From NCBI GenBank assembly GCA_009103225.1, contig RHPI01003642.1, positions 331,116 to 395,115 of the forward strand: 64,000 bases of DNA, in the 5' to 3' direction. The position numbers and the translations under genes are program-made. The notes under the pieces were generated by a model. That model did not search any database. It saw nothing but the letters and a program-made list of their open reading frames with translations, and was not told the DNA's origin. This document shows, one piece after another, positions 35,911-50,079 of the stretch. Source of the stretch: Chlorokybus atmophyticus. Lineage: Eukaryota; Plantae; Mesostigma and Chlorokybus algae. Every line of letters starts with the position of its first letter. Position 1 is the first letter of the stretch.

Positions 35911-38016
35911 ATGGAGTCCAGCATGGCGGAGAAGGAGGCGCAGGAGCAGGAGCAGGAGCAGGAGAAGCATGTGAGAATGCTTGGGTCGGTCTGGAGCTGG
36001 GGAGCCGGGACAAGCGGCCAGCTTGGGAATGGACGCTTGGAGGATGCGGATACGCCTACTGAGGTGGATGCCCTGCGCAACAAGCGGGTAGTCCATATCG
36101 CCTGCGGCGGCAGCCACGCTGCTGCTGTCCTTGGTAAGGATTGCATTTACGCATTCGACTCTTGGATGCACGTAGCTGACATTCTGTAGTATTACATTTC
36201 GCAATGCATGGGCTAGGCAGTGGATGTTGGCGTAGTGCATGTTGTCTGAAAACAAGTGCATGCTGAGGATGAGCAGTGCAGTCTGTCTCTGCGTTCAGGC
36301 ATCGCTTCAATTTCTTTCTGTTTATCGATAACCATGTTGCATGCTGATGGTACTCAACACTCACCAATTGTTGTGATCGCGAAAGCAGAAAACGGGGAGG
36401 TGCTGTCTTGGGGCTGGGAGGGCAGCGGTGCGCTTGGCCAAGGCAGAGTCAGCCCTCAGGGTCACCAGCCTTTGCCTAGGCCGGTGAAGGCTTTGCAATC
36501 AACGCGCGTTCAATACGCTGCTGCGGGCTGGGCGCACACCGTCTTCGTGGCTGGTGAGCCGCTTGTGTTTGTGTTCGTGCGTGTGTGCGTAAGTGCTTTG
36601 CGCTTACCTAACGCAATGAGTTGATCAAGTACCGCCTTTGCACCAGTACATGTACATCAAGTTCTGAACACTGCAATCTGCAGAGGGTGTTGCATATGCG
36701 TGCGGTAGCAATGCGTACGGTCAGCTTGGGGTGGACGGCGGGGATCGCACGCTGCCTACAAGAATCCATGGGATAGAGGGCGTATACTCTGCTGCATGCG
36801 GCCTTCGCCATACGCTGCTGCTCGCCAAACCTGGTCAGAGCTGGCGCTCTTTGCATGCATAGAGTGTACAGCTTCGTCTATCACGGTTGACTGTTTTGTG
36901 GACACACCGCCGTGTTGCTAGATCAGACCGGCGCACGCTGCTATAGCTTTGGTTCAAACCGGCATGGACAGCTTGGACGCGCTGGAGACAGCCAACAGCC
37001 CGCTCAGCTGACTAGTCTGCAAAGGGAGGAGTGTACTGCAGTGGCTGCTGGCGGTGACAAAAGCGCTGTATTGACCGGTGAGGTGCACTCTCTCATGCTC
37101 TCATCTGAATTCCACCACTGCCGGATGCATAAGCATAGCAGCATAACAACGCAAGCGTCATTGTGTACTACGTGCATGAGAACCCACTCTTGCTACCATG
37201 CGTAGGTGACGGGCGCATCATGTGGTGGGGTAGGGGCTGGCTGGGCCGCGGTGATACTGCCGAGCCTGTTGAGGTCGACAGGCTTCCAAAATGTCGAGCA
37301 TTGTCGCTGGGATGGATGCACGGCCTTGCGTTAACAGGTGCTGTGCTGTCCACTCAGCTGCTGAGCTCCTGTTGCTTGTGGCTCTCCAGCCTGCGTTGCT
37401 GGTGAGCTGAGTGAACATTTATGCGCAGAGGATGGGCATGTCTACTCCTGGGGTAGCAACCGGGCAGGCCAATTGGGAGCAAACAGTGCCAATAACAGCT
37501 CACATAGCCCTCAGCTAGTTTGTGAACTATCGCTTTGCGTTTCAAATATTGCAGCTGGCGCCGAACACTCTGCTGCAGCAACAGGTACAGTGTAGAAAAA
37601 TATACAACCCTGAAGCTGTATGACCAATCACATGATGCCAGCTGGTTGCGCTTGTGCTTCGTTAGCCTATGCCTAATGTGAGCAACTACTTACAGCGCCT
37701 GTTTTCAGAACATGAGGTGTATTGTTGGGGTTGGGGTGAACATGGGCAAACAGGACAGGAACACGCACAAGATGTTCTGCTCCCTGCTCGCGTACACTTT
37801 CGTACTGACCAGGCTGGAGTGCAGCGGCGATCAGTGCCTTTCTCCACTGCGTGTAACGCAGCCATTGCCAATGACGCCAGCCATTTGCCAGCAGTTGAAA
37901 GCAGCGCTCAGCAACACAGCACCATGCAGGTTTTCTGTGGAAGCGGATTCATGTTCGTGAGTAGTCTAACCAGCCTTTCACAGCAACGTGATGTGTACAG
38001 CTGTAGTATGCTTTGA
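35911..38016 (+). CDS. RCC1-repeat beta-propeller protein (SERGEF-like), multi-exon
   Basis: Repeated VWSWGAGTSGQLG, VLSWGWEGSGALG, YSFGSNRHGQLG, VYCWGWGEHGQTG and IACGGSH/AAGWAHT blades. Confidence 0.85.
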
Positions 38017-38351
38017 ATAATTAAGGATTGTTGTTTGACAACACCTGCTTGCACCCAAATGTTCTGCACTGTCGCTGGTTACTTGATATGAACTGCTCAA
38101 TGTACGCCTTGCCTTAATGGGCGCACGGCGAATAGTGCACAACCAACCAACCAACAACATGGATACATTGTGTTGCTTGTGGTTGAGTGTACGTGAGGTT
38201 GAATGCTTGCACCGTGCTCATGCTTGCATACCATACTTGACAATGCATGAGCAATGATATGCCGCATTGTTTGTACAGATAGCACCAGCTGTTGCCAACC
38301 TGGTTGAGCAGATTGTGGGTGGTGTCCAGAATCACTTTGTCTTCCCCCCCC

Positions 38352-38395
38352 TGGCTTGTCACCTTCGCGCGCGCGCGCGCGAAGGTGATAAGCCA
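38352..38395. repeat. 44-bp near-perfect palindrome with a (CG)8 centre
   Basis: TGGCTTGTCACCTTCGCGCGCGCGCGCGCGAAGGTGATAAGCCA; one G.T mismatch against its reverse complement. Confidence 0.95.
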
Positions 38396-38760
38396 TGCTT
38401 TGTGGTGCAACCGCCTGTACATATATAGTGGTGTATATTGCAACAGCCTATGGCAGCACCTACTCGCCATGTACACAATGTTGTACAGGGTGCTTGACGG
38501 AGGCAAGCAGCACAGTATACCTCACAGGGGTCTCAACCTAAAATGAGAAGGGCAATACTTGCATGCATATGAGACAGCAGAGAGTTTGCCGCACACCTCA
38601 CCACACAAAAGGTTGTTGTCTTGCTTCTCTGGCTAGCTAAAATTGCGATGAAGCAAGTTGCGTCAGCCAGCGCATGCACAGCCACTGCTGCAAAAAGTTA
38701 TCACATCGAAAAACAGCATTGTGCGAGTGTTTTGCAAAAATGTTCATGAACCATGCGTGG

Positions 38761-41210
38761 CTAAAGTGTCCGAATCGTAGCAATGCAGCTGCCAACATCA
38801 GAACAGACATCAACTACTGCTGGCGTTCCGCCAATGGCCAGCACCTGCAGCAATTGTGTTAGAACAAGACAACTGCAAGTCTCTCAAGCATAGCAACACA
38901 GAATCGCTGCATGATACCTTAGACTGGTGCAGGTACAAGGAGTACACCGATGAAGCCGAGCACGGCAGTTGCGACAGCCGCGTTAGTGCAAAACTCCAGC
39001 GTGTGACGTGTGGCTCAGCGCCTGCTGACAGAACCTGCTAACAACATTGATAGTTGTCAACAACCCTTAATGACAACGACTGAACGAATAAAACTGTATA
39101 ACATACTCGCAGCATGCACTTGGTCCAGATGCCTCCTGGAACATCCAAGGGGTTATCATGTTGTGTACTATGCCACAAGGATGACGCAATGGCAGTCTCT
39201 GTCACAGCTTAGTTGACGACGAATGACGGTACTGTACCTGACTACCGTCTAGCAGCACTTGTTGCACTGGGGCATCACATGCCACACTCGCTGTTGGAGC
39301 CATGGCCGCTAAGCTGAATGATGTTATGCCACTGCCTGTGCCGCACACCTGGGCAACACAAGCGAGAGGCACTGCTCACATGCGGCGTGTAGATCAAGCA
39401 ACGGTATGCATTGTGTTCGCGGGAACTTACCAGCCGGTACTCACTGGCATCCAGTGCCAAACAAGAGACATGCTGCGACCGTTGCGACCGCGATGACCCG
39501 GTAGCACACTCCAGGGCAGCCTCACGAGTTCCTGAGCGCAAGTCTGCAAGAAAAATCGCCCATGTGTTCATTGTATGATCACCACAACAAAGATTGTCCT
39601 AGTGAACACAAGGCATTCCGTACCCCAGATTACTACCGAGCCGTCATCCGTGCCAAAGATAGCTTGGCTATGTGAAGGGCGTGCTGCTGCACAATGTAAA
39701 TACTCCTTGTGCGGAAGAGTTGAAACCAACCTGGTTTGTTGCTGCACGCAACACAGTTCTGTCAGGTTAATGGTCATGAGCAGATGCTTTGTGCAAACCT
39801 TCGTCTCATAGGGCCTTACAACAGCACTGTGAACAGCACAGGTGATGCATACCATGTCCAGAATGTGAGCATTGCCATCGCCGGCCGCGACGAGAACGCT
39901 ATGGTGCTATCACACAGAAAGCGCCATCAATGCATGAGTCACAAGCTCCAGCTCTCCTGCCAGACAACTGTGTTTGCTACATCCGGCACGGCATCTTACC
40001 TGCTCATCTGCTGCAAGCCCGTTGGTTTCAGCAGCAGGTGCCAACGCCCCTCGAACGCCTCTGCATAGGGAGTTACATGCTGCTTGCAGTTGACGTTTAC
40101 TAGGCCAATGCCATCAGGGAGGCTGCATACTTGCTTTGGGGGTTGTAGAATTGGAAGACGGGCTGTGGCAGCTGCATGGAACCTGCTGCCAAATACAATA
40201 ATGAATACCGTGCTGGCACTGAATGCACAGAGCAAACCGTGCAGAAGTGTCCTGCTGGGGTGTCCCCAAAGGAAAAACAATCACATAAGCATGCGCAAAC
40301 AACAAATGTATGCTCAACGTACCGAGTGCACAAGCTTCAACATCTTTCCATCGCCAACCGCGAGTGACGCCATCGTCACCACCACTGAGCAACCATATGC
40401 GCTTTGATAGAGTGACATTGCACGACAATTTTCTGGCAAGTGCAAGACTAAATACCAATTGGCCTGCAGCAGGACACACCTCAACAGCAGCAGGTCATCA
40501 TGCTTGCCGTACGTTGTCAGAACATACACGGATCCTATGTGCGCCTGCCAGCTCACAACTGGTAATGCATCTAGTGATCTGGCAGGCATACGACAAGTAA
40601 GTTGGTGTGAAGCTGCTGCAGTGAATGCACATGAGCGTCAGCACGTCCCTGCCCAGTAACCCTCTTCCTGGGTGCCTGCATGCAGATTGTCCGATGTGCA
40701 ATGCTTAACTTGCACGGTAATTGGGCTGATTGCATGCAGGTGTTGTACTGGCATATGCATGTAAACCATGACAATGACGATGGCCATAGTGCTCTTACTC
40801 TTGTGGTACGTCACGGCGGTTTGATAGCTGCTCCTGTTGGATCGCATGGAGGTTTCAGAAGCAAAGCGTGAATGAACCAGCGAACTATGCACAAGAGAAA
40901 GCGGCGCATTGCCGAGATGTTCGGCGTGTAAGGTGCGCTGATTCTAAACAAGCAAATATCAACCCACCTGGAGCGCAAGTTGGTCGATACTGTAGAGGCT
41001 CAGGCGTCCAGAGCTTGAGGCAGCGAGGAGCCATGTCGGCCTGGTCGCCTCAAGCGGCAGCAGGAGTGTGCAGAAAACGGTGCCAGCAGCCAGGAGCCTC
41101 TTCGCTCGCAGTTCCGCTTCATAGGCAGCCCCATTCCAATTCCTCACATCCCACTGCTCCGCAGCCCCCACAGCCGCCACAGCCGCCGCCGTGGCAGCCG
41201 CCGCAGGCAT
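38761..41210 (-). CDS. THO6: THO complex subunit 6 (WD40; DWA1-like), multi-exon
   Basis: N-terminus WDVRNWNGAAYEAE...TVF...LLAASSSGRLSLYSI matches the plant THO6 pattern. Also SGGDDG.TRGWRW, AAGDGNAHILD and GTDDGSVVIWDLRSG. Confidence 0.8.
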
Positions 41211-41572
41211 GCCGGATCAGGAGTGGTTCACTTATTCGCCGATCCCAACTGAACCATTGCGTTTGGTTTTTGCTCCCGCTTCTACAGGAAGCGGTTGTGG
41301 CTTTGGCTTCTAGCTTCTCCCTTCCCCTGTCCCGTCTGCTGCTCACCCGGCAGCAGCCTATTGGCGCACGTACAGCAGTGCCCTGAAGGCTCTGGCTGAA
41401 GCCTAGAAAGTTTCCCGCACAAAAATCCCCCCGCTCAAGCAGGCTGCCACGCAGGCCGAGTCACCAAAAGCGAACTGCAGCGGACTGATGATTGAGCGCG
41501 GGTAAGCCAATTGAACAGATTAGCTCGAGTCTGTCCATCAGCGGTGTGGCGGTGGTAGTGGTGGCGGTGAGC

Positions 41573-44033
<2,461 letters not shown>

Positions 44034-47000
44034 TGTACGCTCCATGCCATCCTGGCTGATTCATTGATTGTAACACTATTGTTTGCAATGAACTGTTGAC
44101 TGCCCTTGTATCGTACCATTTGTGCCCACAGGGTGAGTTTGCTGCATGACATGGCTGACAACATGAAATTGCAATGCAAACTTGCCTTCGGCTGGCAATC
44201 AACTGTAAATGCAGTGGGCGGTTGTTCGGGCAATCTGCTTGTTGCATCTTGCACACACGCCCATCGTTGATTGTGTACAAAGAACGGTGAGGGTATTGAC
44301 TGCGTGCAGTGCATGCTACACACAAATACACAATATGCACAACACGCGCCTAGTACACGGCATCACTGAGAAGAGATTCCCGAGCTACTTGATCACCTGT
44401 CACACGACACTATCTCTACATCTATCACCACCACCGACACCACCCCGTCGGTCATGCATGCCAGCCAACCAGCGCAGTCACCGTTATTACCTGTGCAAAA
44501 CTTGTGCGTAGTATATTGTCGACAGACACAGGTAGCCGTACCACAGGCAAATGTTGTGCTTTTTACTGTTGTTGTTGGCGCAGTGCAAACATTCATGTTG
44601 AGCTACCAACCTTGTTGCAATCCACGTGTCAAGTACATGCATAAAGCTCCGGGTGGATTGGTGGTTGTGCGTGTGGGACTGCCATGTGTGCTTACATGTT
44701 TGGCATCGTGCGCTGCATGAATGGAACAGTTTATGAGAAATGTGCATTGAGTGTGAATAAGCATAATCAACATAAGTCAACAAGAACTAATGTGGTTTGT
44801 CGAAAATGGGTTTGGACTATTTGTAAAAGCAAGTGTCATTGCATGAACTTGTTTCAATGAGTTTCGGATTGTGATATGACAACACATGGTATGTGTGTGT
44901 AGATATCATGATGGAATGCATGACACGAATCCTAACATTTAAGAACATCCGTTATCATGATCGATGAAGAGCCATACGATATTAAGTCTACTCCAATGAT
45001 ATTTTGCAGTGGATTGATTGATTGACGTATGAAATAAGGCTGTTTTTAAAGAGTAGGCGTATATCCATATATAATAAGTTGTGCCATACATGCATGGTAT
45101 TATCATTCAACACATGTAAATAACACTATTTAAACGGCACAATTGATTAATAATTATTACGTATATCTCTTCTTCATGTCCACAAGTTTGACCGTACATG
45201 ATCATGGAATTGTTAACATATTATTTACGTAAAGCTTGTTGACACCAATAAGAACGCTTTCTTCGTATACTATCAACACTACCTTGAAAGTGGAGCTTAT
45301 TTTTATAAATATGCTACGAGAGCAACGTACTGCCCCTGCATGAGTAATAGCTTTTGTAACCTATTCATGAAACAACATGAGAGTTCTCTAGCTCAGCTGT
45401 GTAGTATTAACGCATGCATGCAAAGATTGCTACGATATGTGAGGCTCCATGTCTGTTACATGTGTGACACATGATGTAGTGGCTGCGTGCGATCATGTAG
45501 TGCTTGCAATGATAATATGGGTCGGTTGGGTTGTTTCGCAATTTTCCTCACATTGTTTGGCGCATACGCAATTCCGTCATAACCTGCAAGGTAATTCCGA
45601 TAATCTTACAATAGAGTGATATTATGAGATATTATCTAATTATAAAATTACAAGTGTATAATCAAGTAATATGTAAACTTCTTTAACCTGTTTTTGATGC
45701 GGGCAAGACTAGCTCCACCTGATGTTTGATATTGCAAAGATAACAACTTTCGCAATATTATTATACTCAAGTGCATGCAGGAGACAATTACATCACGCGT
45801 TAGCTTTTGCTCCATATGCAGCTTCTTTCTCTTGGTTGTGGTTTTCATAACTCAAAGTAAAGACTTGCTTTGGAATTGATACTTTCATTGATGTTTTCAC
45901 ACATCATTGTACGAAACATGCATTAGTCAATGAACAACGATCGGTATTACTCGTTATTGTAATATTTGCAAGTGTACAATATATAAGAACAATACCAACC
46001 AAAAACTATTCTTCAACAATTTAATACACTTAACCGGGACACTTAATAATGTCGTGACCCTACAATAGATAGGGTCGAAACACCATGTATGTTTTGCTAA
46101 AGTCGTGTATGTACAAACATACACGAAAGTTGAGCGTAAGTTTTCAAGTATTGCATAAAAAATGTGTTATTTATAAATTATCTTATATAATGAGCTTATC
46201 AAGTTCTACATCCTAGTATCTATTGTGTTAATATGTTGCGAACCATCTTGTTATCGTTGTTATGTAGCCCTATCTGAGCTCTAAGCTCATGGTTTCAGTT
46301 TAAAGAGACTATGACTTCAGGTAGGGTAAGGTGCCCTAATTTTGGTCTTCCTGCCTATATGCGTGCAGTTTTGGCCATAAATGGCAAATCCGGCGGCCAA
46401 TTAGACTGAAATTTGGTGATGAGCTGTGATTGGCCACAGCAAGGCCACACACGGCTCGAGACGCTCATTGGAGCTGGTTAGAACCGCCAAAACTTAATTT
46501 GTAAAAATTTGGAGCTGGAATTGTTGGTTAAGGTCACCTTTGAAAGGACGCCAATAAAGACTGAGAACACATTTTACGGTGGTGTTTTTGCATGTTGTAG
46601 GCCTTGTAACGTAGTTTTCAATGAACCTACAACCACATATGTTTGCCATTTCTACCCCAAGTTATGCGCCATAGAGTGAACATGTGCATTGTTGTTATGC
46701 GTGAGGTGAAAATTTGAATTTGGTGCAAGAAACGAGAAAGGCCTTGGACTTGGTTGCAAGTCAGTTGAAAGGGATGCTGGTTGGTGGGCGTTAGGATGGT
46801 GGCTATATAATGCAGCATGCATATTCAATACTACATTCACCATTGCTACACATGTGTCTTAGTGTTGCCAACATGGTGCATACGTGTGCAAGATGCAGCC
46901 AAGAGAGTGCAAGTCAAGACAGCAACGTCACGGCCAACTCAGAGGCAACGTGTTACATGGTTAACATACACGCATAGCATACATCTTGTACTACAAACAG

Positions 47001-47080
47001 ACCTACCTAAGAGACTCAGTGTTCAGTCAAAGAGTGTCAAGTCAGTAAAAAGTGCTGCTTTACGAACTCTCATCCTTCTG

Positions 47081-48553
47081 ATGTGTAATGCATGCAGCCC
47101 CATCGATCGCACCCAACCGATAAGGCGCAAGCGCAAGCAACCCACTACACCAACAGCACTAGCTAAAGACAAAGCTACCAGACTCAATGCCAATGACTTG
47201 CGCTCACTCGTGCAAGCCAAAGGGTTGAAGTACGCCATGTACTCCCGGAACTCCGACCTGCTAGAACAGATGATGGTCGCTTGTGGGCTTGTGAGAGCTT
47301 GTGAGAGAGGCCTGAGAGAGGCTGCAGACGACACTTGCGTCCCCATATCCAGACCCTATAATTACTTCCGTAATTCGACCAAGTTCAGCAACCCACGGGC
47401 TCTCGGACGCATCCCTATTCTATCAACAAGTGAAGAAAAACAGTTAGTCATTTGGCTGGTGGACATGTGCAGACACGCCCACTCTGTCACCGTGGCTGCA
47501 CTGCAACACAGGGTGAGTGAGTATGCAAGCAACTTGAATATGGCCTGTGTGCATTGTGTGCGCAGCCACTAATAATGTACATGCCAACATGTCTGACCGT
47601 CACTATGAGTCATCACACTGTTGGACGGCAATGAGGAGAGACTGAGCAGATTTGGAGCAACCAAACTGCTTAGCAAATAGTGGTGTCGCTTCTTCTTATC
47701 ACGGCACAACCTGAGCATGCGAGTTGTTAAAGGCTTGGATCGCCGCCGTTGGCAATGGGCAACCTATGGTGATGTATATCAGTTCTTCTACCTGTATGAG
47801 CCAGTGGAAGACTTGAAACTCACCCCCTCCCGCATCTGGAATGCGGACGAGACCGGCATTGAACCCGACAACCTCGCCACAGTTTGAGTGGTGGTGCCAC
47901 GTGGCTTCCGCAACCCCTATCATCGCCTTTCTGGCAATCGAGAACATGTCCATTATAGTATGTGTGAATGCAGCTGGCGCCCACATGCCCCCGATTTATA
48001 TCTGCAAAGGCAAACATATAACAATCGATTGGTTGGCCGATGCTCCACCCGGTAGTGGCCTTGCCATGCAGGTGCGGAACCACAACCTTTGTAACATGTG
48101 ACATGCATGCACATATGCATGCTGATATATGATAGAATGTGTGCTAACAGCTGCATGTGCAAAGGAAAATGCATGTATGACAGTTGGGATTTTTGAGCAA
48201 TGGTTCAACCTCTTCATGCACAACATACCGGGGGGGGCTTCAACTGAAAACCCGTGCCTCTTACTCCTTGATGGCCACAGTCCCAGACTCAACCCTGACA
48301 TGCTTGACACCGCGGCACGCAAAGCGTACACATCCTAACCTTCCTCCACACCTGACCCATCTGATGCAAGTAAGGGGACCTGTTGCACACAAGTTTGCTT
48401 CTTAATCACAAGCATGCATCTGCCCCTAGACAACTAGCGCTTGCATCGACCACAGGCTTACAAAGCAGCATATGTTCGCGTCATGGCCCAGAACTCCAAC
48501 CTCAAATTGAGCAAGAAAATCTTGATTCAACTCACAGCTAATAGGCCATCGGA
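47081..48553 (+). pseudogene. pogo-like transposase, decayed and truncated by the TRIM
   Basis: GRIPILSTSEEKQLVIWL, IWNADETG, CVNAAGAHMPPIYICKG, LLLLDGHS, LPPHLTHLMQ and PLD motifs; stops and frameshifts. Confidence 0.85.
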
Positions 48554-49705
48554 TGTTACGACAAGGGTCCGGCCATCTTAGCCATAAAAGACCATGGTTG
48601 TAATTATGGCTATTTCTGTTCTTATGTATTACGCCCAGCTCGCTTGCTGCCGTAACACACCTCCCCATTAAAACTTAGCACGCCCTCGTGCGTATCCTTA
48701 TAGGGATTCTTAGCCCTCCGCCCCGCGGGCGACCGAGCTGTCTCGACCAATGCTTCTCTCGGCCGGCGCCTCTTGCGCGACTCAACGCGACTTGCCCAGC
48801 CCGCATTGTCGTTCTCGAGATCCTCGATCTCGTTCTTGTTCGCACGCTGGCAAACATTCTCGCTCGCATGCTGGCGAACATTCTAGCGACCGGCCATGCC
48901 GCGTCGCGTTCTTGCCGTCCCCTAACCGCGACTTGCTCAAGGTCGCGGGTCTTTCCTACCTGCGGCTTGCCCAAGGCCGCAGGTTCATCCCCGGATCTTT
49001 GCCAACCGAAAAATCGCCGCTCTATCCCCTTTGGGAGTCGAGCCCACGACCTTTAGGTTGTCAGCTCCGATACCAATTGTTACGACAAGGGTCCGGCCAT
49101 CTTAGCCATAAAAGACCATGGTTGTAATTATGGCTATTTCTGTTCTTATGTATTACGCCCAGCTCGCTTGCTGCCGTAACACAGCTCCCCATTAAAACTT
49201 AGCACGCCCTCGTGCGTATCCTTATAGGGATTCTTAGCCCTCCGCCCCGCGGGCGACCGAGCTGTCTCGACCAATGCTTCTCTCGGCCGGCGCCTCTTGC
49301 GCGACTCAACGCGACTTGCCCAGCCCGCATTGTCGTTCTCGAGATCCTCGATCTCGTTCTTGTTCGCACGCTGGCAAACATTCTCGCTCGCATGCTGGCG
49401 AACATTCTAGCGACCGGCCATGCCGCGTCGCGTTCTTGCCGTCCCCTAACCGCGACTTGCTCAAGGTCGCGGGTCTTTCCTACCTGCGGCTTGCCCAAGG
49501 CCGCAGGTTCATCCCCGGATCTTTGCCAACCGAAAAATCGCCGCTCTATCCCCTTTGGGAGTCGAGCCCACGACCTTTAGGTTGTCAGCTCCGATACCAA
49601 TTGTTACGACAAGGGTCCGGCCATCTTAGCCATAAAAGACCATGGTTGTAATTATGGCTATTTCTGTTCTTATGTATTACGCCCAGCTCGCTTGCTGCCG
49701 TAACA
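48554..49705 (-). mobile_element. Tandem-array TRIM (LTR-int-LTR-int-LTR), non-coding
   Basis: Three 104-bp LTRs (48554-48657, 49078-49181, 49602-49705; TGTTACG...CGTAACA). Two 420-bp internal units. PBS TGGTATCGGAGC (tRNA-iMet type) and PPT AATGGGGAG in each unit. Confidence 0.95.
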
Positions 49706-50079
49706 CAGGATGAGCTTGCAGATGAGCTATTAAGAGCTCAAAACGGTTTAAAGTTGCATTAAGTACGACCTTATTAGTAAAAAGTGTCCGAAGTAAGGGC
49801 ACCTTACCCTACCTTGTTGCTCATGGTCAACGGCATGTGATGAACCACAATTCACTTTCAGCCCGAGAATCAACCGCTTCCGCATCAGCATAGTCACTTC
49901 ATTTATTGCATGGGCTTGTAACGTTGCATCACGCACTTGCGTGACGTTCGTCACAACACGTTCAAGCGTGCATAGTGCGTTTCGGCGCCAACTCTGCGGC
50001 ACGCTTGCCGGAGCGGCGGCAACGCTGTGTGGTAGCTGCTCCCTTCAGCTGAGGCTGCACGCACAAGTGTGTTTTTCAG

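Larger units (their letters stand above)
46324..49809 (+). mobile_element. pogo-like DNA transposon (HTH_psq/Tc5 + DDE_1), interrupted by a tandem TRIM
   Basis: TIR GGGTAAGGTGCCCT (14 bp perfect, ~24 bp imperfect). TA TSD at 46322-46323 and 49810-49811. Confidence 0.88.

Noticed and set aside
35911-38016. UVR8 photoreceptor
   Set aside because: Lacks the three GWRHT motifs and the C-terminal VP-containing region.
46195-46216. Helitron 3' end (hairpin + CTAG|T)
   Set aside because: The hairpin is short, AT-rich and has a wobble pair, and no matching 5' TC end was identified.
48675-49651. Duplicated 99-125-aa ORFs in the TRIM internal region
   Set aside because: No Gag or Pol motifs, and open in several frames because of GC-rich composition. 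Treated as non-coding.
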